DNA of 64,000 nt from positions 1-64,000 of the forward strand of contig OY253684.1 in assembly GCA_958009085.1 (NCBI GenBank), written 5' to 3'. Made by a program: the position numbers and the translations under genes. The stretch comes from Protoeuglena noctilucae (Eukaryota). Below, piece after piece: positions 13,200 to 24,363 of the stretch (its first letter is position 1; each line of letters starts with the position of its first letter). The notes under the pieces were generated by a model, which saw only the letters and a program-made list of their open reading frames with translations, was not told where the DNA came from and did not search any database.

Positions 13200-13826
13200 C
13201 GACCATGGAGCGCATCACCGGCAATGAGAGCGCGCGAGACGAGCAGTGGCAGCATCGAGCTGCCTTCTGAGCCCACGAACGAGGAGATACTGGAACCTGC
13301 GAGGCCCCGCAGGCACAGTCACCTCTCCCCCGTTCCCCGCGAATCCGATGGCGCGATCGCTGTCGCACTGCTCGTTTTCGTCAGGGATCGGGCCTGACGG
13401 ACGGCTAGGCGACCCGAAAATCCCGGCGAAAGGCCCACGGTCGCCACCGGCATGGGCGTGGTCGCCGGGCATGCACGCGCAGCGGCAGCAACAGTGCGCA
13501 ATGACATCTACGTGCACGGGGAATGGCGTCGCGCTTCCCTGGGAGGGCGATCAGAAGTGTCGGGTCCCGAGCACGACCCCAGCTGGACGGCGGGTACCAA
13601 GGGATAGGGGATCGCGGCGGCGGATGCGTTATTGGCGACTACAGGATGGGTGGGGAAGAGAGAGACGGTAAAGCATGAGCTCTGGCTTGTGTCAGAAACA
13701 TCCTTCCTTCAACCACGTTTCCCGCCAGCGACATGAATCTCACGGCAAGTGCTACGGAGCGCCCGTGGAGCAGCTGGTATCGCTGCAAGCCACGGCGTCC
13801 ATTGCCACTGCAGGACCCCATGCGCA

Positions 13827-15550
13827 TCACCGACGCCAGCCACCCTGTGCGAAGATGACGTTGCTGGGCAGCGTCACGACCTGGCCCTGGCTCTGCGGCA
13901 TCATCAAGGGCTGGCCCGGCATGGCCTGCAGGCACGGAGGGGGCGTCATCACCCCCCGGCGCGGCGGCCGGCAAGAGCGCGCGCTTCAGCGGGATCGTGC
14001 CACCCACCTGGTAGGACATCGGGACGGAGGCTGCCGAGGGCTGGGCCGCCGACATGCGCAGGGACCCCGCGTCCCCCAGGGACACCTGCCCGACGGGCGG
14101 GAGGGTGGCGGTGCTGGTGATGACGAAGGGCGACTGGCCGGACCCAGGGGGGAGCGACGCGCCCATGTGGATGGCGCCTTGCATTCCCTGTATGCCCGGC
14201 ATCCCCTGCACGCCCGCGGGCAGCATGATGGGGCGCGAGATCACCCCGCCCGGCATCATGACCATGTTGGGGAGGAAGGGCATGCCCCCGACCGAGATGG
14301 GCATGGACTGCATCATGGGCATGACGGCCTGGCCGGGCATGCCGGCAGATCCCACGACGGGCGCTGCGGCAGCGGGAGGGCGGAGGGCGAGTCAGGTCAC
14401 GTGAGGGCAGCAAGGTACCCGTATGTCACAACCCCAGCAAGAGGCGTGGGCGGTGAGGTGAGGCCGTGCATGCCTCACCCATCGGCATGGCGAAGGGCGC
14501 GGGGGCGCGGACTGCCCCCATCTGCGCCGCGGGCGCCCCCTGTCCCTGGGGCGTCTTGGGGGCCCCAAAGGCCTTGAACTCGGCAGCCTTGGGGTTGAGC
14601 TTGCTGCGGAGGGACGGGCCCGACGCCGAGGCCTTGCCCTGCGGGGAGGCAGAGCAGACGAGGGTGGCAACTGCGTCACTGGGATGGGGCGGAGGGGCGG
14701 GGCATGGTATGGTGGCTCGCTGGCGGGCGCACCTCCTGGGCGCCCGTGCCCCTCGACGCCGTCGACCCCGGCGCGGGCGACCCCGGCTTGGTGTCGGGCG
14801 CGGCCGTGGATGTGGCCGGGGACCGCGCGGGGGCCGGGGACGTCCCCTGGGGCCCCGCCTGCGCCTGGGCCGCGTGGGCAGCGTGGGCAGCGTGGGCCGC
14901 GTGCAGCTGCGCCTGCGCCTGCGCCTGTGCCTGCGCCTGCGCCGCCTGGACTGCCTGGGCCTGGGAGTGGGCCATCGCATGCGCCGCCTGGGCATGCATC
15001 ATGGCGTGTGCCTGCGCCTGCGCCTGCGCCTGGGCCTGCGCTTGAGCCTGGGCATGGGCCTGCACTTGTGCTTGCGTGGCCATCACAGGGCCCCGACCTG
15101 GCTGCACGGGCAAGGACACCTGCACAGGCACCGCCCCGGGCCCCGCCGGCCCCGTGGCCAGCGCCACCGGCTGGCTGCCCGACACCTGCGGGGGCGAGTG
15201 CGGCGGTGCCCATGAGCGCTGGACCAAGCGACCCATGCAGCAGGCTCAGGCCGTCCCCCACGCCTGCCACCCCCACGCACCTGCCCCGGCATGGCCCGCG
15301 CCGCGTCCCCCGGCATGCTCGCCACCAGCATGTGCTGCCCGGGCAGCGACACCAGCTGCACCGGCTGCCCCGCTGCCCCAGCCATGGCCCCAGGGTGCAT
15401 GGCCATCGGCACCGCGCCCCGCATGGCGCCCACCCCCGCCGCCGCCGCTGCCGCTGCCCCCGGCCCCGCCATGCCCACCATGCCCATGGGGACGCTGGGC
15501 GCCCCTTCTGCAGGTCCCTGCCCCGGGCCCCCGCGCGGCACGGCGACCCC
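13827..15550 (-). CDS. PAM2-motif (PABP-interacting, ataxin-2-like C-terminus) Gln/Ala/Met/Pro-rich protein; 5' part lost in N gap
   Basis: SKLNPKAAEFKAF PAM2 motif, (QA)n tracts and GT-AG introns; last exon ends VIFAQGGWRR*. Confidence 0.65.
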
Positions 15551-15750
15551 NNNNNNNNNNNNNNNNNNNNNNNNNNNNNNNNNNNNNNNNNNNNNNNNNN
15601 NNNNNNNNNNNNNNNNNNNNNNNNNNNNNNNNNNNNNNNNNNNNNNNNNNNNNNNNNNNNNNNNNNNNNNNNNNNNNNNNNNNNNNNNNNNNNNNNNNNN
15701 NNNNNNNNNNNNNNNNNNNNNNNNNNNNNNNNNNNNNNNNNNNNNNNNNN
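15551..15750. other. Assembly gap (200 N)
   Basis: Run of n characters. Confidence 1.
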
Positions 15751-16610
15751 CCGTTGCCGCTGGCGTTGGCGCGGGCGCGCGGGGGGCGGGGCGGGGGTGG
15801 CGGCGGGGGCGCGCGAGGCGGGGAGCGGGTGGAGGACCCATATGGTGGTGGCGGGCCCCGCGTGCTCCGGGTCGCGCTCCTTCAGCGGCACGGGCGCAAT
15901 GCGGAAGTGCGCCGCGAACGCCTCGCGGAACTGCACGTCGACATGCTCGTCCCTCGGCTCATGGGAGAGGACGACGGCCGTGCGGGGCCCGCAGAGGCGC
16001 AGGACGGTGCGCAGGAGGGGCTCGACCAGCTCCGGGGCGTAGACGCAGTCGGTGCCCACCACCAGGTCGAAGGGGCCGCCCTCCACCAGGCGCGCCGTCG
16101 CCTCGCCCTCGTCCCGCCAGTCCAGGGGCACCACCTCGGGGCGCGGGCCGGGGCCCCCCGCGGACAGGTTGGCGCGCACGTTGGCCTCCAGCGCCGGCAC
16201 GATGACGGGCAGGTCAGTGAAGGTCACGTGCGCCCCCAGCAGCGCCAGGGCCATGCCCGCCAGGCCACCCACGCCCGCGCCCAGCTCGATGCAGCGCTTG
16301 CCGCCCAGCTTGGCGCGGCAGAACTCACTCGAGCTGCGGTGCTGGTTCTGCGGACAGAGGGCGGGGCGGGCGGTGGGTGATGCAAAGGGTGCCCCCGCAA
16401 TTTGGACCGCCGGGACCGGCCCCCTCCTCCCCGCACCTTCTCCAGCCATTTCGCGAAGACGATCGAGGCGTCCCATACCGTCGTGCCGCAGTTCTGGGTG
16501 TTGGGGTCCTGCTGCACGCGCAGCTGCGTGCCCAGGAGGTCGAGCAGCACCTCGGTCTGGTTGTGCGTGTTCCAGCGCTCGTAGCCGTGCTCCTTGCCCC
16601 GGGCGCCCAT
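15751..16610 (-). CDS. METTL21-like (Methyltransf_16) protein-lysine methyltransferase; 3' end runs into gap
   Basis: GTTVWDASIVFAKWL, KRCIELGAGVGGLAG, VTFTDL, LDW and FDLVVGTDCVY motifs. Confidence 0.9.
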
Positions 16611-17502
16611 GGCCGTCGGGCCTTCCGCTACCCCGCCGTCCGGCAGAGTCCCGCTCCCTGCGTGCGACGGCGGGCGCGGGGAGCGAGTTGCGGTTCCGCG
16701 CCCATCCAGCACGCGCGCCCGCGACGGCCCGCGGCGCGCGGCGATGTGGGCGGCCAAGCGACCGCCCCTTGCGGGAGAAGCCATTCGACAGTCGTGCCCG
16801 GGTTGTGGCCGAGGAGGAGCCCCGGGTCGACCAAAAGTGGCCCAGGCAGCCCAAGAGGGGAATTGCGGACCGCAGGGGGGTCGTGTGCGCATCCCCGGAC
16901 ACGGCAGGCCCGCATTTGCTCTGAAAGATCGGAAACGGCGCGTGGACCGCCGAGAAAGTGGCCCGGTGCGGGCGGCGTCGTCCCGACACCCGGGACGCCC
17001 GCTCCGGCCGCGCCTGGACAGCCGGGGAACGTCCGCGCAATCGAGAGCGCGCGTATAGACCCCAGGTGTGGACGCCAGCCAGGGAGGGCCTCCAAGCGGT
17101 CGTCCCGGCACAGGGCGGAGGGGCGAGCTCCCGCAATCACCTCTGAGACCCCGTCGGAGATGGCCGAGCTACGATCTCCCACGGAGCTGCCGCGCGGGGT
17201 TCGCGGGGGGCCACAAAGCGAACCGTGGGGAAGCCAGGGCGAACGGGACTAAGGCGAAAAGGGCGCGACGATTGTCGCTTTTGTTCAGCGGCGATGTGCC
17301 TGCGACGAAGCTTGCTGGGCGGCAAAAGGGGCGCGTGTCACTGGCGCGCTGAGGCTGGCACGACGTTCGCGGCCACGAGATGCCTTCCTTTCAAGCGCGA
17401 TGCTTCAATTCGACAAAAATGCAGCCATCGGCAAGCTGCGAACCTTCCAAGCGGCGGCTCGTGCGCAAGGGGGTTGGCCTAGCTCCCAGGGCGCGCAGCC
17501 CA

Positions 17503-18462
17503 TCAACTGAGCTGTGCGGTGCGCCCCTTGGCACACTCAGCATGGCAGCGCTTCAGACACTGGTCGTTCCACGCAGGGACCTGCGCAGGTAGGGCCAGGG
17601 GGCAGCGTGGCACCAGCACCAGACGCTGAGCTATTCCAGAGCCATGTTTGCATGCACGAACTCGGGCCGCATGTCATCACGTATTCGCGGTGGGACACCT
17701 ATCCGCGGGGACCCAGCCGGGCCACAGCTCGAGACCAGGCAGCGTGGTCTGCCCTGATCGGGGGATTCCGGTGAAACTTGCACCACTTACGGGCCCATGG
17801 AAGTGCCTCCCACCCACTCACCTGGTGCACATTCGTGCACACCGCTCGCTGGCACGCGTCCGTGCACGAGTCCAAGCGGCTTGTCCCGCAAACTGTGACG
17901 CACGAATTGGGCATGACGTCCTTCGCCAGGCCTCCCATCCTGAGAGCGCGTGGCGAGAAGGAGTGCATCCCATCAACGCCAACGGACCCGCACGCCGCGG
18001 CTGGTCCAAAACGACAAGTCGTGGTTAGACCCACTATTAAACGACGCTGTGCACTGGGGCCGTCTCGGCCGCCCCTCGGGGGTCGTCATGCACATTTCGG
18101 GCCGCGACAAGCACAGCTGGGTATCAAGCCGCCAACCCTCCTCCCCGCTCGCCGAGAGCAGGGACCGTTCCGCACCTTCTCAGGAACCTCTCCGAAGTAC
18201 ACACCCTCTCGCACACAAAGGACGGATCACCGCCTACTGCCTTCTCCTCCTTGTCCCCATAGGCGTCCCTGCGCGGCGGGCCGGCAGCCACTTTGCTCTG
18301 CCGGCGGTCCGGACCAGCCACCGCGCTGCGATAGCCGGGGGCGCCGCTTCTGATCCATGATAACTGCTCCTCTCACTTGTCTTGCGCCACGGCGGCCCCA
18401 CCCCTGCGCAGGAAGACCACCGGCAGGGCAACCAAGCCCGCGACCCACAGCGGCGGGACCAT
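17503..18462 (-). CDS. Small cysteine-rich protein with N-terminal hydrophobic segment, 4 exons
   Basis: Phase-consistent GT-AG splicing gives MVPPLWVAGLVALPVVFLRRGG...FVCERVCTSERFLRRMGGLAKDVMPNSCVTVCGTSRLDSCTDACQRAVCTNVHQVPAWNDQCLKRCHAECAKGRTAQLS*. Confidence 0.75.
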
Positions 18463-18967
18463 GGCCGCCCTCCCTCCTGCCGCCCCCTCGGTCGCTGACC
18501 AAGTGTACCTACGAACACTTACAAGCTATCGAGAGACGTAACAGCCGCTGCCGGCCCTTAAGAGGGGGAGCAGAGACCGTGGAGTGCTGTCGTGCGTCCA
18601 GTGAGCGATGCGACGGGCGATCGAGGGAGCAACGATGGCGCCAGATTGACAAAAATGCAGCTATGAGCGACGCCAGCGCTCCTCTTTCCTGTTGCCAGCT
18701 GCCGGCGTCTGGCAGGGTTCACCCGAAGCGTGGAGCAATTTCTTTTTATCCAAGCACGATGACTTAAGGCAAACGCTGTGTCTCTATCTAACAGAGACCC
18801 AATCATGGCACTGTTGGCTTGTTCCTCCGTTGCTCCGCCCACATCACACCGCTGCGCAGTGCGGACTGAGCCAGCGAGGGCAGCAACCAGGCAGTCATCG
18901 CAGGCAGCTGCGACACGTGAGACCCTGAGACAGGTCCAGGCCCGCGAGTGATCGCTCCATGGCGCCG

Positions 18968-21900
18968 TCACGACCCCCGGTCCTGCAGGAACTCTTCGGC
19001 CGAGTGGTACGATGCGTGCTCCTCAAAGTAACGCACGAGGGTCTCGAGGAAGGGGTCGCGGCGCTGGGGGCGGGGGCGGAACAGCGCGGGTGAGGGGCGG
19101 GGCGGGTGCGCGGCGCGTGCGGCAGCGTCGCGTGCCGCGCCCTCACCACTGTCTCGGTGTCGCACACCAGGCTGCAGTGCCGCCTCGCCCGCGTCACGGC
19201 CACGTTCATGCGCCGCTTGTCTGCCAGGAACCCCACTTCCCCCTGGGTGTTGGACCGCACCATGGAGATGACGATGGCCTCCTTCTCACGACCCTGGGGA
19301 ACGGAGGATGCGAGACATCAGAAGGGGGCAGACGTCACGACGGGAAGGGGCAGGAAAAGGGTCGGTTGCGAGCTTATGACCGTGGAATCACCGTCGATGA
19401 CTCAGCTGCCTACGCGTCACCCTGACCCACCTGGAAGCCGTCGACCGTGCTGATCTCGAGCCCCGCGTAGTCGTCGCCCCTCAGGTCGCGGAGGAGGCCC
19501 ACCTGGGCGCTGTAGGGCGTGATGACGCCGATGTCCACGCACCGCAGGCCCGCCCCGCACAGCCGCTTGACCTGGGAGCACGGCGAGGGTCGCCAGGGTC
19601 ACCCCGCTCCCACATCACCAATCTTTGAAACCCCATGCCCGCATGCCCTCACCAGCGCCATGACCACGGCCGCCTCCCCCGGGTTCCCCTTGCTGTCGGC
19701 CTCGTCCGCCACCTCCCCCATGTCGCACCCCGCCGTGTCCACCAGCACCAAGGGGTCTGACGCCCACTCCACCTCCCCCCGCACCGCGCCCAGGTCCGCC
19801 AGGGTGTGGGCGGCCACGGAGGGGTGCGCGGTGAGCCGCCCCCCGTACAGCTGCTCCCCCGACCACTCCATGATGCGGGCGTGCATGCGGTACTGCGTCG
19901 TGAGCATCTCGCTCACCGACTCCCCGTACATGCCGTGCAGTCGCTCAAACAGCGTCTGCCCCAGGCCGCCCCTCTCCGCCTCGGGGGACAGCACCGTGGG
20001 TGGCAGCTGCAAATGGTCCCCTGCTAAAACCAGCTTGCGCGCGCGGAGGATGCCCGCCCAGCACGCCACCTCCAGCGCCTGGGCGGCCTCGTCAATCACG
20101 CACACGTCGAAGCGCAGGCGCCGGAGGGTGCGGGCCTGGGGTGGAGGGTGGGGAGGGGAGCGTCGCTGGCTTGCACATGTCGCGAGTTAGTCCATCGCGC
20201 CACCACCCCCGTTGCCCCTCGCCCCCTCGCCTGCAGCCCCGTGAGTGTGCAGCACGTGACCTGCGCCCCCCCCAGCACCTCGTCCACCGCCCTCTCCTGC
20301 CGCACGCGCTCGTCCTTGCGCAGCCGCCGCAGCTCCCCCTGCAGCTCCCTCCTCTCCGCCCTCTTCCACTTGTCCAGCTTCCCCAGCGCCGCGTTGACCT
20401 TGCGCATCTCGTCACGGCACTCGCGCGCCACTGCGGAGCTGTCCGTCCGCAGCACGTGAGTCTCCAGGGAACTGTCCAGGACCTGAGGGGAAAGAGTGCA
20501 AAGAACGAGTGGCAGTGGCTGGCGACGTGCAAGAGGGTGTGGCAGGCGCGAGAGCAGAGGGTCAGCGAGTGCCCCGTGTGAGGTGACCCAGCACATCTCC
20601 TCATCCCTCATCTCATCCAGCAGTCCCTCTCACCTGCGGGAGTAGCCTCGCCGGGTGCCCCACCCGCACCACTTTCAGTGCCGGGTCCGCCGCCACCAGT
20701 CTCTCCACCAGGTTGTCGACAGCGACGTTGCTGGCAGCCACGGCCAGCACGCGCGACCCCCGCGCCGCCTCCTGCCGCACCACCTCCACCACGGCCGTGG
20801 TCTTGCCGGTGCCGGGTGGCCCGTGGCACAGTGCGACGTCCTTGGCCGCCATCGCCAGGGACACGGCCGCACGCTGCGACTCGTCCAGGTTGGCGTTGAA
20901 GGGGACCCACTGGGGGGAGGAGAGTGGCTGAGATGCATGGTGTAGTGCATGGGGGTGTGGGTGGCTGAGATGCACAAGGCGCCAGTGGTGGCATGCAATG
21001 GTGGGGTGGGTTGTAACTGCACCTGCGCCAAACATCCACGTCGCCTTTTCCGCGCTCCTTCCCCTTTCATGAAAACTCGCAAGTCACCGTCCCCCCACTC
21101 GTGGCTCTCACCTCGACCTCCCCCTCCTCGAACTGTGGGTCCCTCTTGCCGAATAGCACGTCCACCAGGGCCGCCCCCGGGAAGGCCTCGGGGGACAGGG
21201 CGGGGTCCCCCAGGGCGGCCAGCGTGTCCCTCATCCTCTGGTACGTCACCTCGTTGGCCAGCTTCACCAGGCGCAGGGGCACGTCCATGCCGTCCTCTGG
21301 CACCTCGTCCACCGCTACCGTCACGGAACGGTCCTCCACGCGGCACACCACGCCCTCGGCCAGGCGGCCGCCGTCGCCCTTGTGCGGGCGGATCTCCACC
21401 ACGTCTGCGCGCGATGAAAGTGGGGTGGGGAAATCCGGACAGTGATACTGGGACAGTCACCGTGTGGGGTGCACGTGAGGGAGAGGAGGCGGGGACAGAG
21501 CTGGAGTCGTGATGTGCCCAGCCATGGATTCACCCACCGTTGTTGGACATGTTGTGAGGGGGTAGGGGGTCCTGCCCGTTGTTCTTGTTGCCGACCAGGG
21601 AGACCAGGAACCGCCCCAGCAGCCCCCCCTCCACGCCCGCGCACCGCAGGTTGGCCAGCACCACCCCCCGCGCCTTGGCGAACTCCAGCGACACCCCGGA
21701 CGCCAGCTCCTGCGCCTGAGACACCTCCGCGGCGCGCTCAGCCTCGACTGGGGGCGGGCAGAGGGGGATGATGGAGCAGGGTGGGGGACGATGGTTGGGT
21801 CGGGTCAGTGCACTATGACTGGCAGGGCGCAGGCGGGTGCTTCACTCACTGAGGGGCGCAGTCCTTGCCACGAACTCCTCCACTCCCTGGCACGGCGCCA

Positions 21901-22688
21901 GGCGTCGGGGCTTGCAAGGGACGCGGGTGCGTACGGGGGCGGGGGCAGAGGCGAAGAAGGGCGCAGGGTCGAATCCCAAAGCAGCGAGGACGGCAGAAGA
22001 AAGTACATCATCGGGGATGGACGCGGGGGGGTCGGGAAGAGTTGGGGTGGGGGCATCGGGCAGGGCGGGGTCACTGGGGGTGGGTGCAGGGTGGGGAGGG
22101 ACAAGGTAAGGGAACACACAAGCGAGTAAAGCAGGGGCAGAGACGACTCCAATTCCGCAAGGTTACCCGATCACGAGGTGCCTCTCGCTGCCCTCCCCGG
22201 TGCTTTCGTGGGGCAGGCCCGCTGCCGTGGCCGCCTCGTGCAGCACGGCCCTGGGGGCAACAGGGTGGAGGGGTGGGCGAGCGGGGCGGCGAACAGGATA
22301 GGCTACGCAGCGGCAGTCTCGGGCAGTGCCTGGCACCTTTGCCTGGGGGTCAGCGAGGGCGGGAGCACGAGCCTGCGGGGGCGGTGTTGGGTCGCAGTGC
22401 TGGCACAGGCGCAGGCGCAGCGCGATGGGCGCGGCGCCGCATCTAAGTGTCACTTGACGTCTCTCCGCACGTTCTCGCGATCGATGGCGGGCGGCTTGGG
22501 CGCCGCGGACGCCCCGGTTGAGGCATTCTGCACCGGAGAGGAACCCAAGCAAGTTACAGCCACGCTCTGGCGCGGGGAGGGAGGACAAAGCTTGGACCAC
22601 TGCCACTCTCGTCGCTCGCCTTGTCCGCTGGCGGCGGCGCGCGGCCCTTTTTGGCCGCTGCCTTCTTGAGCTTCGCGGCAGATGGCAT
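18968..22688 (-). CDS. IGHMBP2: IGHMBP2/SMUBP-2 (Hcs1)-type SF1 UPF1-like helicase with N-terminal R3H domain
   Basis: [52 protein letters not shown] and [12 protein letters not shown] motifs; R3H exons near 22165-22372. Confidence 0.9.
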
Positions 22689-23071
22689 CCCGGCGTCGCG
22701 GGAGCCGTGCGTCGCGTGGCAGTGAGGTCCTGACGGATGACAAGCTGGACGGTGCCGCTCCACAGCCCACTGAAATGCAAAAGCCAGCCGCTGGCAGTGT
22801 CGACGGTCCGTCAGGGCCGCCATCCGCTTAGATCGCGGCCTCCCAACGCATGATGCACGTCACTCTCCCTACGTTCGTATGCCAACAAGTCGTATCTGCA
22901 ATTCACTCGTGCAATCGCGCTTTTCTTGCGCTGTTTTCCCCCGTGCGCATTTCCGGGGCCCAACGCGGCTCGCGCGAGGGGTGGGGGCGCCGTTTCCTGG
23001 GCAGCGAGAGCACATCCCTCGGGCATGTCATCATAGCGCCATCGGTGCCCACGTGATAGGCGCGAGCGAGG

Positions 23072-24148
23072 ATGGGGCCGCTGTCATGGGTGACGGACGG
23101 TTTTGAAAAGCCCAAGAGGCGCTTTTCGCGCGCCGAGGGTATCCAGAAGGTGCGTCGAACTACATGAAAGCCTTTTGCGTCGCGGAGTCGGGCGCCCTGC
23201 CCGCGGACGCAGCGCACGCGTTCCCTGTGCCGCCTGTGGATGTTGCCCCGGCGGGACGGCTGGGACGCCGCGTGAGGGCGTTGATATGATCCCCTGCAGC
23301 CGGAGGTGAAGGCGGAGCCACTCATCAACATGTTCCCGCCCATGCGGGGGATCCGGACGGACGAGGAGTTCCAGGAGGCGCTCGCGAAGCACGAAAAGGA
23401 GGGGCAGCCAGGTGCCGCGAACTTAGCAGGGCTTTCTTCCTGCCTCTGCCGCTTGCTTTAACACGTTACTGTTGCCGCGACGTCCCTTGGCGAGCCCCCA
23501 CCCGCAGTGTGCGTCATGTTTGGGTCGTCCTGGTGCCACCGCTGCCACCAGATCTTCCCTCAGTTCCTTGCCGCAAGGAAGGTGCGTAGGCATGCGTAAG
23601 TTATTTCTGAACGTGCCGCCAGCATCCCACCCACGCCATCTTCCCGCTCATCTGTCACATACGCGGTCTGCCCCTGACGTACCGACAGCGTCACACGCCC
23701 CGTCTCTCATGTTCCTGTCCGAGTCGTAAGCTGCAGACCGTTGAAGTGCAGTCAGTGAGTCTCCTCCCATTTGTTCCCGCAGTCTGCCCCTGACGTGCGC
23801 TTCTTCGTTGCGGTGGTGGACCGCATGAGGGAGACGACAAGGGACGTGAGGTGGACGCCCTCGTTCGCCGTCTACAGGGGAGGGAAGCGAGTGGACTTCT
23901 TCTCGGGGGAGAGGGCGCAGGTGAGTGGGACAGGGGATGATTGATTGGAAGTGAGGAGCGTTGGGAAGTGAGGGTCAGTGCGCAGTAAGGGGCCCCTGTG
24001 TGTCCCTGCCCGGCGCCGTTGCCTGCAGCAGCGCACAGGGTGGCTGTGCAGACAGCGATCTCACATCAGAGTCTCTCTCTGCTTCCCACCCCAGCGTGTG
24101 GCCGACCGCATCTGGCTCCACTCGGACGCATCCGCGGACCTCCCATGA
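23072..24148 (+). CDS. Atypical thioredoxin-like protein (WCHRC active site; resembles plant Trx-like 3-3), 5 exons
   Basis: Spliced product ...VCVMFGSSWCHRCHQIFPQF...VRWTPSFAVYRGGKRVDFFSG...RVADRIWLHS. Confidence 0.85.
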
Positions 24149-24363
24149 TGTCCCATGACAACCCAGACCATCTGGCGACGCTGTCAGTGTCATGCGACCC
24201 TGTCTTTGTAAGTACCCTGTAACACTAGTCACTGACCCTAGTCACAGGCCGAGCGCCTGCTATTGCTAGCCGTCAGCACCGCCCTTTGAAGGCAGGCACG
24301 GCTGCGTGGCTCTATCGCCAGTTTCAATGGAGTTGCAGCGTGCAGAGCAACAGTAAGCTACCA

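Noticed and set aside
14392..17136. 914-aa ORF spanning the N gap
   Set aside because: Artefact of translating through Ns; it mixes a methyltransferase exon with off-frame sequence.
17300..18900. Apparent gene-free region as a transposon remnant
   Set aside because: No terminal repeats or transposase/RT motifs; most of it is explained by the spliced Cys-rich gene.
22372..22453. In-frame TGA upstream of the R3H exon as possible selenocysteine or readthrough
   Set aside because: The TGA lies within a plausible phase-2 GT-AG intron (AA|GTGACA...CCGCAG), and no SECIS was recognised.
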